64,000 bases of DNA. Origin: Saccostrea echinata. Lineage: Eukaryota. Each line of letters begins with the position of its first letter. The stretch's first letter is position 1. This document shows positions 63,013-64,000 of this stretch, piece after piece. Where the stretch lies: contig NW_026889756.1 in NCBI RefSeq assembly GCF_033153115.1, positions 4,092,001 to 4,156,000 of the forward strand, written 5' to 3'. Made by a program: the position numbers and the translations under genes. The notes below the pieces were generated by a model. The model saw only the letters and a list, made by a program, of their open reading frames with translations. It made no database searches and had not been told where the DNA came from.

Positions 63013-63638
63013 TTTTTGTACCCCCGCTCCGAAGGAGAGGGGGGGTATACTGTTTTACCCTTGTGTGTCTGTCTGTCTGTCTGTCCGTCTGTGTGTCTGT
63101 CTGTCCGTAACAAATTTTGGTCGCAGTTTTCTCAGCAACTACTCATTGCAGAAGCTTGAAATTTTAGCACAATCTTTGTTTAGGCATGCCATATGGTGGG
63201 ATTTATTTTTGTACGAATTCGATGTCAACTTCCTGTTTATCCGTGCGTCTGTCCATACCATACATAACAAATTTTGGTCGTAGTTTTCTCAGCAACTACT
63301 CATCGCAGATGCTTGAAATTTTAGCACAATCTTTGTTTAGGCATGCCATATGGTGGGATTCATCTTTGTACTAATCTGATGTCAACTTCCTGTTTATCCC
63401 TGCATCTGTCTGTACCATACATAACAAGTTTTGGTCGCAGTTTTCTCAGCAACTACTCATTGCAGGTGCTTGAAATCTTAACACAATGTTTGTTTAGGCA
63501 TGCCATATGTTGGGATTCATTTTTTACTAATCCAATGTCAATTTCCTGATTATCACTGTGTTTGTCCATAACTGAACTTGTGTATTCACATCAGAGCGGG
63601 GGTATTATTATTGAGCATTGGCTCGCATACTTCTTGTT
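63013..63638 (+). mobile_element. HINE with three 157 bp units
   Basis: 5' tttttgtacccccgctc, (GTCT)n tract, units at 63111, 63268 and 63425, 3' inverted gagcgggggta plus hairpin and cttgtt. Confidence 0.85.
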
Positions 63639-64000
63639 AAAACTATAATTACTATTAAGACCTAAAGAAATAGCCCCTATATTGTGCTTAGTTCGTTGTC
63701 TTCACCTTTTTATAATTGAAAATATTTTTGAGGAAAAGATCAAATCTACGCTGAATAATCCATTTTTTGTGGCAATATTGACAAAGTTCTATCAATTAAA
63801 AAAAAATCTCACATGTTGGTACTGTAAAATCATTAAAAGTTTCAAAGAAAAGTCATCAAAGATACTTAGAACAAATCAGTTAGATATAAAGTGCACATGC
63901 ATTGAAACTTTATTACCTTGTTTTTTACTGATTTTTCATCAATTTCCCGTAAGGTAATACCAAATGCATGTTTAACTGAATAAAAATAATAAATATTTTA

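Overview
AT-rich, intron-rich eukaryotic DNA, most likely an oyster or other bivalve (inferred from Helentron-type HINE elements carrying ~156-166 bp internal satellites, and from the Crypton, Penelope and MITE landscape). I reconstructed four spliced genes by hand from GT-AG sites and codon phase. (1) SKA3, minus strand, running off the window start. (2) Head-to-head with it, a TPR(3x) protein with two transmembrane helices, 5995-15877. (3) TSG101, 19806-29353. (4) A signal-peptide/Ser-Gly-Thr linker/atypical C-type lectin gene, minus strand, 40359-43815. The rest is mobile-element debris: a frameshifted Crypton tyrosine recombinase, a P-element transposase remnant, Penelope and L2 fragments, several HINEs, many MITEs and hairpin elements, plus a 206-N gap. 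The most striking pattern is that tandem repeats in all four genes are built from the splice junction itself. A 3 kb array repeats one acceptor plus the exon start about 60 times, a 1.4 kb in-frame array repeats a TSG101 acceptor about 57 times, and at least seven smaller acceptor, donor or whole-exon duplications occur. In the junction cases the exon-proximal copy is the one that gives the intact protein. Gene models are manual and have no transcript support.
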